This document shows positions 1 through 8,781 of a stretch of 64,000 bases of DNA, one piece after another. Numbering within the stretch: the stretch's first letter is position 1; every line of letters begins with the position of its first letter. Under the pieces are notes generated by a model, which saw only the letters and a list, made by a program, of their open reading frames with translations, did no database searches and was not told the DNA's origin. The position numbers were made by a program, and so were the translations under genes. The DNA is from an uncultured Chloroflexia bacterium (GTDB lineage: Bacteria; Chloroflexota; Anaerolineae; B4-G1; SLSP01). The stretch is from contig CAVVUS010000018.1 in the NCBI GenBank assembly GCA_963751345.1, positions 192,001 to 256,000 of the forward strand, written 5' to 3'.

Positions 1-1269
1 CGTCGTTGAGCCCGATGGGACGACATCAGCCGCCGACCGCGGTGCCGATCCCGGCCTGGAGCGTGGCCTGGCAGGGCTCGCATCCACGGGGGCCTCGCGC
101 ACGAGGCTGCGCGCCGGTGTGGCGCCCGACGTCTCGGCCACAGCCTTTGTAGTGGCGGTCGTCCCAGGTATCGCCGGCGTCTGAGGTGCTCCCGCCGTAT
201 CCAATACAGCCTCCACAAACGCTAGCTCCAGCGGAAGCTGCGGCTGCCACCCGGTGCGCTGCTTGGCTGCGACGTCGCTGAAAAGCCGCACCGCCTCAAC
301 CAGGCGGTCGGGGTCTGCCTTGCGCGCCATTTCGGTGAATACGGCGCGCTCCTCTGCCGTCGGGTCTGTCCAGGTCTGGCCTGCGCCCAGCCGGATAAGC
401 AGAAGTCCGCGCAGGAAGTCCGCGATTTGCCGGGCCAGTTGGCGAGGGTCCGCCCCTCCATCCACGGCTCCGTTGATGACGTTGAGCCCTGCGGTCAGAT
501 CTCCATCCACCCACGCTGCCAGGAGTGCCCGGACGACCTCGCGTCGTTCGGCGCCCAACATCAGGCGTACGTAGTCGGCCGTGATCGATTCACCTGCCGC
601 CATCTGGTCGAAGAGGCTGATCGCGTCGCGCATACTTCCCGTTGCCGTTCGCGCGATGAGCTCGAAGGCTTCGGGCTCTACCGCTACGCCCTCGGCGTCA
701 GCGATCTTCTCGAGTTGTTGGACGAGAATATCCAGGGGAATACGGCGGAACTCGAACCGTTGACACCTGGAAAGGATCGTCTCCGGAATCTTGTGGACTT
801 CGGTAGTGGCAAGGACGAAAATCACGTGCTCCGGCGGCTCCTCCAGCGTCTTCAACAGGGCGTTGAAGGCCTGTGTCGAGAGCATGTGAACCTCATCCAC
901 GACGTAGACCTTGTAGGCCGCCTGGGTAGGTCGGTAGCCCACCTTCTCAAGCAAATCGCGGATGTTGTCGACACCGGTATTGGACGCGGCATCGATCTCA
1001 ATCAGGTCCATTAGCCGTCCGGCGTTGACGGCGTTGCAGATCTCACAGTGGTTACAGGGGCGCTCCTCACTGGGGGAGAGGCAGTTGACAGCTTTGGCGA
1101 TAAGGCGCGCGGTCGTAGTCTTCCCCGTGCCGCGTGGCCCGGCGAGAAGATAGGCGTGGTGGATGTGACCGGTCCGTAGGGCATAGCGCAGGGTCTGGAC
1201 AATGTGCTCCTGCCCCACGACGTCGTCGAATGTCTGCGGACGCCACTTGCGGTACAGCGCTTGCCCCAT
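1..1269 (-). CDS. dnaX: DNA polymerase III subunit gamma/tau (runs off the left edge; missing from the ORF track)
   Basis: Manual translation from ATG at 1269: MGQALYRKWRPQTFDDVVGQEH...GPRGTGKTT (Walker A)...EIDAASN...DEVHML...TILSRC; no stop seen in the stretches I translated down to position 1. Confidence 0.95.
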   Translation of the reverse strand, partial: MGQALYRKWRPQTFDDVVGQEHIVQTLRYALRTGHIHHAYLLAGPRGTGKTTTARLIAKAVNCLSPSEERPCNHCEICNAVNAGRLMDLIEIDAASNTGVDNIRDLLEKVGYRPTQAAYKVYVVDEVHMLSTQAFNALLKTLEEPPEHVIFVLATTEVHKIPETILSRCQRFEFRRIPLDILVQQLEKIADAEGVAVEPEAFELIARTATGSMRDAISLFDQMAAGESITADYVRLMLGAERREVVRALLAAWVDGDLTAGLNVINGAVDGGADPRQLARQIADFLRGLLLIRLGAGQTWTDPTAEERAVFTEMARKADPDRLVEAVRLFSDVAAKQRTGWQPQLPLELAFVEAVLDTAGAPQTPAIPGTTATTKAVAETSGATPARSLVREAPVDASPARPRSRPGSAPRSAADVVPSGSTT

Positions 1270-1291
1270 CGAACCTCCCGTGAGATGAGAG

Positions 1292-2365
1292 TCAGTCTAT
1301 CATGGATGGCGTGCGAGGCAAGCTTTGGCGCCGGGCTCGCAGCTGACCGCAACCCGCGCGGATGTCTCCGCCTCGCCTCAGACGCAAGGTATAGGGCACG
1401 TGCCTACTATCGAGGACCTGGGTGAAAGCCTCGATGCGATCCGGCGGGGAGGGGGCTCCCGGATACCCTTCGGTGGGATTGAGGGCGATAAGGTTGACGT
1501 TAGCCAACATCCCTGTGATGCGGGCTGCCAGGGCCAATGCCTGCTCCGGTGTATCGTTCACGCCATCGATCAACACCCATTCAAAGGTGACCTGGCGGTT
1601 GGTCTTCTCGATATACGCCTGGACGGCTGAGAAGAGGGCGTTGAGATCATAGCGCCGGTTGATCGGCATGATCTCATTGCGTACTTCGTCGGTTGCTGCG
1701 TGTAGCGAGATGGCCAGGTTCACTTGAATGTCCTCCGCCGTGAACCTGCGAATCCCCGGCACGATGCCGGCCGTGCTGATCGTCATCCGCCGTTGCCCCA
1801 TCTGCAGTCCATCCGGGTGCATCAGGCGATAGATGGCAGCCAGTGTATGGTCATAGTTGAGGAACGGTTCTCCCATCCCCATAAAAACGACGTTGGTCAG
1901 ATGCTGCTCCTGACCCTGAGTTCGCGCTCGAAGTGCAGCACCTGTGCCACGATCTCCCCGCTGGAAAGGTTGCGGCGGATGCCCATCTGGCCAGTGGCAC
2001 AGAATTGGCACCCCACCGCACACCCAACCTGGGTGGAGATACAGGCGGTACGTCGCTCAATGTAGCGCATGAGCACGACCTCGACCTGCTCGCCATCGCT
2101 CATCTCGAGCAGATCCTTGCGTGTCTCGCCGTCAATGGACTCCTCGACCGCGACGGCAGGCGGCACGGCTAGCGTCGTTTCGGTCTGCCAGCCGCGTGCG
2201 CAGGGTCTTGGGGAGCGAACTCATCTGGTCGATCCCGGTAGCCAGGTGTTTGTAGAGCCATACCCAGATCTGCTTGGCGCGGTAGGCCGGCTCTCCCCAG
2301 CCCGTAAGCAAGGCCTCGAGGGCTTTGAGATCAAGGTCGTATAGATTCGGCTTCTGTTCAGCCAT
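1292..2365 (-). CDS. rlmN: Dual-specificity RNA methyltransferase RlmN (radical SAM), split by two frameshifts (~2180, ~1920)
   Basis: Pieces: [18 protein letters not shown]; [18 protein letters not shown] (CxxxCxxC); VVFMGMGEP...ISLHA...[11 protein letters not shown]. Confidence 0.9.
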
Positions 2366-3779
2366 TGACTGCCTCCTGCCAGACTCTGACAAGGTCGGGC
2401 AGACCCTGTAGGACGACGGTAGGACGAATGGGGGAGTGGGCCAACTCCTCCTCGTTCGAGATCCCGGTCAGCACGAGCACAGTGGGCAGCCCCAGGCGAA
2501 TGCCTCCCAGGATATCGGTATCCAGACGATCACCAATCACCAGCGTGGTATCGGGGGTCGTTCCCATCTCTGCCATCGCCTGCCGATAGAGTATGGGCCA
2601 GGGTTTGCCGATGACGGTGGCCGTTACCCCGGTGGCGGTTTCGATGGCCGCAATCTGGGCGCCGTTGCCTGGGGCCAACGCCGTCTCCAATGGGAAGGTG
2701 AGGTCCGGGTTCGTCCCGACAAACTGCGCCCCGTCGAGAATCAGACGGGTTGCAGCCGCCAGTTTCTTCCACGTCAGCTGTTGGTCCCATCCGATGACCA
2801 CGAAGTCGACTTCTGCGACGTCGTCATCGTCGCTATAGGCGAGACCATAGGTCTCGATCGCCTCCCTGACCCCAGGGCCTCCCATAGCGTAGACGGCAGC
2901 CCCAGGCTGCCGTCCGGCGATGTAGTTGGCAGTGGCCAAGGCGGAATTCAAGATGTGGTCCTTGTCGATCGTCACGCCGAGGTCGGCGAGTTTCTGAACG
3001 TACTGCGCGGGCGTCCGGCTGGAGTTGTTGGTCACCATCATGTGTTCAAGGTGCAGCGCTTCGATCATAGCGAAGAAATCCTCAATGCCCGGCAGACCGC
3101 TCTTCCCCCGCCAGAGCACGCCGTCCATATCGCAGATCAGGCCGCGTATCTCACGCCACGGAAGGGCGGGCCCTGCGGCTGCAGCATCGGCCACGAGACG
3201 CTCGTAGGTTTCCGGCGTGTCGGCGTCCTCCAGCACCTTGGCATCGGGAACGTCCAGATACGAGATGCGATCGGGGTGACGTTCGAAGAGAATTCTGCCA
3301 CCGACGTCACCGGACAACGTCGCCAGCTCGGCGAAGAACTCCTTGGCAAAGAGCACCGGCGTGCCGCGCTGGCCCTCGGGAGAGCGCGGGATCACAATGC
3401 CCGCACCCGTCGAACGCCACGTCTCGATGAATTTCTGTAGGAGACGAGGTGTGATCAGCGGCTGATCGATAGGCACGAACAGCGCCGCATCGGTCTCGGG
3501 CGGCAGAGCCGAAACGGCGGTGTTGAGGCTGGTGCTCAGTCCCTCTGCCCACCGGTAGTTGTGAACAACGCACACGGGGCGTGAGGCGAAGAGGGGGGTC
3601 ACCTCATCGGCAGCAGCCCCCACGACGACGAGCACCGGTTCGAATCCCGCGGTCCAGGCCATATCGGCAACGTGGGTGACGAGAGGATGTCCCTCCCACG
3701 GGAGAAGTTGCTTCGGTTGCCCGAAACGCGTGGATCCTCCCGCGGCGAGTATGACGGCAGCGACGTTGGATTCAGCCAT
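2358..3779 (-). CDS. Fusion of MocA-like nucleotidyltransferase (NTP_transf_3) and NagD-like HAD-IIA phosphatase
   Basis: N-terminal ILAAGGSTRFGQPKQLL...DQP...GDVGGR; C-terminal DMDGVL, TNNSS, NPD, GKP, GDRLDTDI; one continuous ORF. Confidence 0.85.
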   Translation of the reverse strand: MAESNVAAVILAAGGSTRFGQPKQLLPWEGHPLVTHVADMAWTAGFEPVLVVVGAAADEVTPLFASRPVCVVHNYRWAEGLSTSLNTAVSALPPETDAALFVPIDQPLITPRLLQKFIETWRSTGAGIVIPRSPEGQRGTPVLFAKEFFAELATLSGDVGGRILFERHPDRISYLDVPDAKVLEDADTPETYERLVADAAAAGPALPWREIRGLICDMDGVLWRGKSGLPGIEDFFAMIEALHLEHMMVTNNSSRTPAQYVQKLADLGVTIDKDHILNSALATANYIAGRQPGAAVYAMGGPGVREAIETYGLAYSDDDDVAEVDFVVIGWDQQLTWKKLAAATRLILDGAQFVGTNPDLTFPLETALAPGNGAQIAAIETATGVTATVIGKPWPILYRQAMAEMGTTPDTTLVIGDRLDTDILGGIRLGLPTVLVLTGISNEEELAHSPIRPTVVLQGLPDLVRVWQEAVNG

Positions 3780-3881
3780 TGTGGTATAGGGTCCTCTTCG
3801 TGTAGGTTGACCAAGGCCAGACTTGGCCCATTGTACTGGGGAACTTGCGACGGACAAGAGTGGGCGAGGTCCCTGAGAATG

Positions 3882-3917
3882 CCACTGCCCCGCAAGCAGT
3901 TCGCCGCGGGGCAGTGG
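3882..3917 (-). terminator. GC-rich hairpin downstream of GntR gene
   Basis: CCACTGCCCCGC-12 nt-GCGGGGCAGTGG perfect 12-bp stem; no clear U tract. Confidence 0.45.
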
Positions 3918-3939
3918 AGGAGGAGGAGAGAATCAGCAG

Positions 3940-4683
3940 TTATACGATGTCATTTTGGATCAGGCCCTGGACGTCGGCCTGATCCTCTCGAGCGATAGCC
4001 TTGAGATATTCTACGACACGGCCTTGACTGTCGTAGGTCTGCCGGTCGATCTGAGTGACGGCAGCGGGCGGCTCAAGGTCCAGCAAGGAGAGGTCGAGAT
4101 CGCTTCCCAGGACGGGGCGGGCCGTCTGGTCAGCATGGGTGAGGCGGACGTTCAGTTGTTCCTGAAGTACGCGATAGAGAGAATGCTTATCCAAATCGAT
4201 CTCCAGGAGGGGCCGGCAGAGCGGGTAAGGAAGATACGATGTATGGATGGCAATTGGGATGTCATTTGCCAGACGCAACCGGCGGATTCTGACAACGGTC
4301 TCGTGTTCCCGAAGTTGCATATAACGCGCCGTTTGCCCGGTGACGGGCACAATCCCGCGGCTGATGGTCCTGCTGCTGGGGACGAATCCGTGCCTGATCA
4401 TCAACTCGGTGAAGCCCTGCAGCGCCACATCCTCGAACGTACGACTTGCGCCGGTCGCGACAAAGGATCCCTTGCCCTGGTAGGCACAGATGAACCCTTC
4501 CTCTCTTAGCCTGGTCAGCGCTCTGCGGGCTGTGAGCCGGCTGATCCCGTAGTTCGCCGCAAGCTGGCGCTCGGAGAGGATTTGGTTTCCGACCGTCAAC
4601 TCACCCCTCTCGATCGACAGACGTAACTGATCGTAGAGCTGGAGATACAGGGGAATGGGGCTGTTTGCGCGGAGCATGGACAT
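3940..4683 (-). CDS. GntR family (HutC/UTRA) transcriptional regulator
   Basis: PLYLQL...LSERQLAANYGISRLTARRAL...GKGSFV HTH plus UTRA domain; AGGAGG RBS before ATG 4683. Confidence 0.9.
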   Translation of the reverse strand: MSMLRANSPIPLYLQLYDQLRLSIERGELTVGNQILSERQLAANYGISRLTARRALTRLREEGFICAYQGKGSFVATGASRTFEDVALQGFTELMIRHGFVPSSRTISRGIVPVTGQTARYMQLREHETVVRIRRLRLANDIPIAIHTSYLPYPLCRPLLEIDLDKHSLYRVLQEQLNVRLTHADQTARPVLGSDLDLSLLDLEPPAAVTQIDRQTYDSQGRVVEYLKAIAREDQADVQGLIQNDIV

Positions 4684-4928
4684 GGTCTTCCTCCTACGGG
4701 TTCGTTGTTGGCTGCACTCACCATTAAACCTCAACTGCCTTCCAAATCCCTTTATAGAGAGGGGGGAGTTCCTATCAAAACCCTACCACTTTGGCCGGCC
4801 TGCAATTGTGAATTGGGTGGAGGATGCTATACTGACGGTACGCCTCTTGGTCGGACCTTTGGCCTCCGAGTTCGTAAAATAGTCTGCGTTGAATCATGGC
4901 GCGCGTTTGAGTGTGGGAGACGACTACG

Positions 4929-5333
4929 ATGGCAAAGCAGAAGGAAACGCAAGTTGCATCCAAGCGTTTATCGTGGGTGGTCTGGGGTGTCTTGGCGGTC
5001 CTGGTTGTGTTGTTAGCCTCCGCCTTCTCAAAGGCGTGGCAAACGAACCAAGCCCTGCGTGAGGAGATGGCGGCGCTCGAGCCGATGGCGACGGCCGCGA
5101 TGGATCAACAGCGTGCGCTCGAGCAACAACTGACCTATGTGAAGAGCGACGAATACGTTGAGGCGTGGTCGCAGGTTCACGCCCGCATGTCGCGACCCGG
5201 TGAGGTGCTGGTCATCCCGATCGAGAAGACGCCAACACCCGTGCCGATGCCGCAGCTTCCGATCCTACCAACCCCGGAGCCGACAGCGATGCCTTTCCTC
5301 CCCAGCCTCTGGCATTCACTGGTCGGGAACTAG
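4929..5333 (+). CDS. Septum formation initiator (FtsB/DivIC-like) protein
   Basis: Single TM segment, coiled coil, SDEYVEAWSQ...MSRPGEVLV motif. Confidence 0.7.
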   Translation: MAKQKETQVASKRLSWVVWGVLAVLVVLLASAFSKAWQTNQALREEMAALEPMATAAMDQQRALEQQLTYVKSDEYVEAWSQVHARMSRPGEVLVIPIEKTPTPVPMPQLPILPTPEPTAMPFLPSLWHSLVGN

Positions 5334-5338
5334 ACCGC

Positions 5339-6193
5339 GTGGATCCTCTCGACCTGGCCCTGCCTGACATCTTGGCCATCGCGATTGATATCGCCCACGA
5401 GGCCGGAGCATTGATCCGTTCTCACTTCGGGTCGCACGACCCGGTCGCCTTCAAGGGCGCCGTCAATCCGGTCACCGCAACGGATACAGCGGCGGAGGAG
5501 ATCATCCGCTCCCGGCTGCGGGCGGCATTTCCCGATCACCGTATCCTCGGCGAGGAATCAGGTGAGGAGGGCCGGGCCATCGATGCCGATGGTGTGTCGG
5601 CCCCCAAATGGTTTGTCGACCCGCTGGATGGGACGAATAACTTCGCTCACAGTATTCCGCATTTCAGTGTGTCCCTAGGTCTGCGGTCCGGTGGCCTCAC
5701 GCAGGTCGGCGTCGTCTACGATCCTATGCGTGACAACACATTCGCTGCCTACCAGGGCGGTGGCACGACGCTCGACGGGGCCGCTGTGCACGTCTCGAAT
5801 GTGGAGATCCTGTCGGGGGCATTTCTGGCGACCGGGTTCCCTTACACCCGCCGAACCGCAGCGGATAACAACACGCGAATGCTGGATTACTTCCTTCGTC
5901 GTTCTCAAGGTGTCCGACGTGCGGGGTCCGCGGCATTGGATATGGCGTATGTGGCTTGCGGCAGGTTCGACGGTTATTGGGAACCGAAGTTAAGCCCGTG
6001 GGACATCACGGCCGGTCTACTGCTTGTTGAGGAGGCCGGTGGCAGAATTTCAGACTTTGGCGGGGAACGGACCCGTCTCTTCTCGGGCGACGAAGTGCTG
6101 GTCAGCAACGGCCTCATCCATGACGAGATGCTTGCGGTACTCCACGAAGGGGCAGCCGCGCCCCATCCGGACTTCCCCAGCCTGACCGACTAG
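5339..6193 (+). CDS. suhB: Inositol monophosphatase family protein (SuhB-like)
   Basis: GEE, WFVDPLDGTNNF, RRAGSAALD, WDITAGLLLVEEAGG motifs. Confidence 0.9.
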   Translation: MDPLDLALPDILAIAIDIAHEAGALIRSHFGSHDPVAFKGAVNPVTATDTAAEEIIRSRLRAAFPDHRILGEESGEEGRAIDADGVSAPKWFVDPLDGTNNFAHSIPHFSVSLGLRSGGLTQVGVVYDPMRDNTFAAYQGGGTTLDGAAVHVSNVEILSGAFLATGFPYTRRTAADNNTRMLDYFLRRSQGVRRAGSAALDMAYVACGRFDGYWEPKLSPWDITAGLLLVEEAGGRISDFGGERTRLFSGDEVLVSNGLIHDEMLAVLHEGAAAPHPDFPSLTD

Positions 6194-7309
6194 GCCTCCC
6201 CGGACAGCCAAGCCACCAAAGCTGCAGCTATCTTGCGATCTGTCACGGCCATGGGCAGGTCGGCCAGTTCCTGAATCGTCGCCCATCGGAAATCTCTGCA
6301 TTCCAGGCACTTGGGCTGCCCGGCTCTCAGGCTGCAGACGAAGGCAAATAGCGTGATCCGGAAGTGCGTATAGGCGTGGTCGACCACGGCCAACTGCTGC
6401 CCCACCTCAACCTCCACATCCATCTCCTCCATGAGTTCTCGCTTGAGGGCTTCAGGCAGTGTCTCGCCTCGCTCTCGCTTTCCACCGGGAAACTCCCATA
6501 GACCTCCAAGCATCGCGTCCAGGGGTCGTTGGGCGACGAGCACCTCATGTGCGCCGTCACGCTCATGGTCTCCGAAGCGTCACGGCTGCGGTGACGTCGT
6601 AGTGAGGGATGGCTTTGCGCGGTTTGGCGGCAGGGAATGCCTCCTGTTCGCCCTGGGCCCGCGCCAGACACAGGTCGTGCCACGGACAGAGCAGACAGCG
6701 GGGAGACCGGGGCAGGCAGAGCGTTGCGCCCAACTCCATCAAGGCCTCGGTGAAGGCGCCTGGCTGTGTCTCCGGCATCCATTCTCGGACGCTCTCCTCG
6801 AGTTCCGCCGGCGTGGGACTGGCGAGTGTCAGCACCCGGCTCATGACGCGCCGTACGTTGCCATCCACGGCCGGAGCAGGAATGCCGAAGGCGATGCTGG
6901 CGATGGCGCCGGCCGTGTAGGGGCCGATGCCGGGAAGCGCTTGAAGGGCCCGGACGTCGCGGGGAAGCTCGCCTCCGTGAGCCTCGACAACCCGCTGGGC
7001 GGCGCGATAGAGCGATCGGGCGCGGCTGTAATAGCCCAACCCTTCCCATACTTTCAGCACATCCTCCAGCGAACTGCTGGCAAGCGCCGTCACGTCCGGG
7101 AAGCGGCGAAGGAACCGGTCGTAATATCCCCGGACCGTCTCCACCTGCGTTTGCTGTAGCATCACCTCGGCGACCCAAACGCGATAGGGGGTACGGTCGT
7201 GGCGCCACGGTAAATCTCGCGCCTGCCGATCAAACCACGTGAGGAGGCGCTCCTGCGCCTCCTCACGATGCTCGACCAGATATGCCCGCCGGTCGTCGCT
7301 CAGGCCCAT
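6190..7309 (-). CDS. mutY: A/G-specific adenine glycosylase MutY with C-terminal NUDIX domain; one frameshift near 6570
   Basis: RDLPWR, EVMLQQTQV, WEGLGYYSRA, LPGIGPYTAGA, VDGNVRRV, CLPRSPRCLLCPW; second piece LGGLWEFPGGK...HAYTHF. Confidence 0.92.
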
Positions 7310-7331
7310 AGAGTGTCCATGGGCGTTTCGC

Positions 7332-8615
7332 CTAATGCGTGACCGCGATATTGGGTGAGGGCGACGTCATATGAACCCAAACCCACGTACCGGCGTCCCC
7401 ATCACTGCTGTAGACGACCTTGGCATCGCTGGGCGTGTAAGGTGTAGTCCAATCGAAGAGCCACTTCGCGTCCAGGATAGCCAGGTTGACGCATCCGTGG
7501 CTGCGGGTGAATCCGAAGCTGTTGTGCCAGTATGCTGCGTGAAGTGCATAGGCACTGTTGAAATACTGAGTCCACTGGACATCCTCAAGATAGTACCACG
7601 CCGGACTGTCCGGTGTGACGTCCTGATTTCGCATCGGCGTTGTGGGCATCTTGCTCCATATCCTCGTGAGTCCATCGGGTGTCCAGGTGGCGCTGCGCCC
7701 AGAGGAGACCAAGGTGGCAAAAACCATGCGGCTGCCCTCATACGCCGCCAGTGTTTGTTCGAACGTGTTGATCTCGATCCATTTCTCGCCAGGACCAACA
7801 CCATCGGGCACCGGATCGACGTCAACGCGTGCGGTATACGACTGTTCGACCCATTGGTCCGGACCCACCATATACCACAGTTGATCGCCGATCGGCTCCT
7901 GGGCGTACATTGTGATGCGATCGTAACGATGCAGTACGACGTCATCGACCTGTGCGCCACCGGGTGTTGAGGAGGGGTAGACATCCTGATTGATCCATCC
8001 AAAGGCGTAGTTGGGTTGTTCGCTGAGAATCACACCTGCGAAGCGTGAGGGTTGGGTGAAGGCCAGGTGATCCGCCTGGATGAACTCGCCCTCGTTGATT
8101 TCATACCAGGTCTCCCCATTGTAGTCGACCGAGGCCATCACGCTGACCCAGTTGTCACCGGCGACAAACTCGCGGACGGGTGGCAGTCCCGCTGCGGCTT
8201 CCTCTGGATGATGATAGGTGGCTGCCGGCAGGGGGCGCACGTAGGCAAAGGAATAGGGGGTGATGGCATCCTCGGGAACGTCCAGTTCCTCAATCGCGAG
8301 TTCGGGAAGTGGATCGGGTAATTGCGACCGCAAGTAATCCAACCGGATCGCGCGGGCGCCTGGGCCAAAGGGCGGACAGCGCGACGGATCTCGCCCCATC
8401 AGGCGTGCCGAGCAAACGTAGTCCCCGGAATCATCGCTTGAAAAGAGCCGGGCATTGGCGACGTCGGGAACAGTGCTGCCCGGTGCAGCGTCTGCTGGCG
8501 TGACTATTCTTACCAAGGCCGTTATACTTAACAGAGTAGCGAATACCAACAATCCAAGGATGCGATGGGGCAGGCGGGTCGGACCTTGTACTCCAATGTA
8601 TATTCCGGTAGACAT
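7332..8615 (-). CDS. Secreted/membrane-anchored L,D-transpeptidase (YkuD domain)
   Basis: N-terminal hydrophobic segment; C-terminal ALHAAYWH...SHGCVNL catalytic motif; start uncertain. Confidence 0.85.
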   Translation of the reverse strand: MSTGIYIGVQGPTRLPHRILGLLVFATLLSITALVRIVTPADAAPGSTVPDVANARLFSSDDSGDYVCSARLMGRDPSRCPPFGPGARAIRLDYLRSQLPDPLPELAIEELDVPEDAITPYSFAYVRPLPAATYHHPEEAAAGLPPVREFVAGDNWVSVMASVDYNGETWYEINEGEFIQADHLAFTQPSRFAGVILSEQPNYAFGWINQDVYPSSTPGGAQVDDVVLHRYDRITMYAQEPIGDQLWYMVGPDQWVEQSYTARVDVDPVPDGVGPGEKWIEINTFEQTLAAYEGSRMVFATLVSSGRSATWTPDGLTRIWSKMPTTPMRNQDVTPDSPAWYYLEDVQWTQYFNSAYALHAAYWHNSFGFTRSHGCVNLAILDAKWLFDWTTPYTPSDAKVVYSSDGDAGTWVWVHMTSPSPNIAVTH

Positions 8616-8781
8616 AGCGGTTATCGACTGTATTCCTCGCTTGCGAAGATTCTCTGACGTGGGTCCGTAGTCTTGGCCGTGATGCGAGTTTTGATTATAC
8701 CACGGATTCTGATGGGGCTGGCTTTTCTTGCCACCGACTTTCTTGTATTCTATATTTTTGCCTGAGTCTAGAGGTGGGCCT

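Noticed and set aside
427-1014. Long antisense or overlapping ORFs (also 2436-3440, 9925-11046, 25496-26713, 33619-34710, 34896-36032, 42514-43734, 43919-45145)
   Set aside because: Shadow ORFs of GC-rich genes; the other strand or frame carries clear family motifs.
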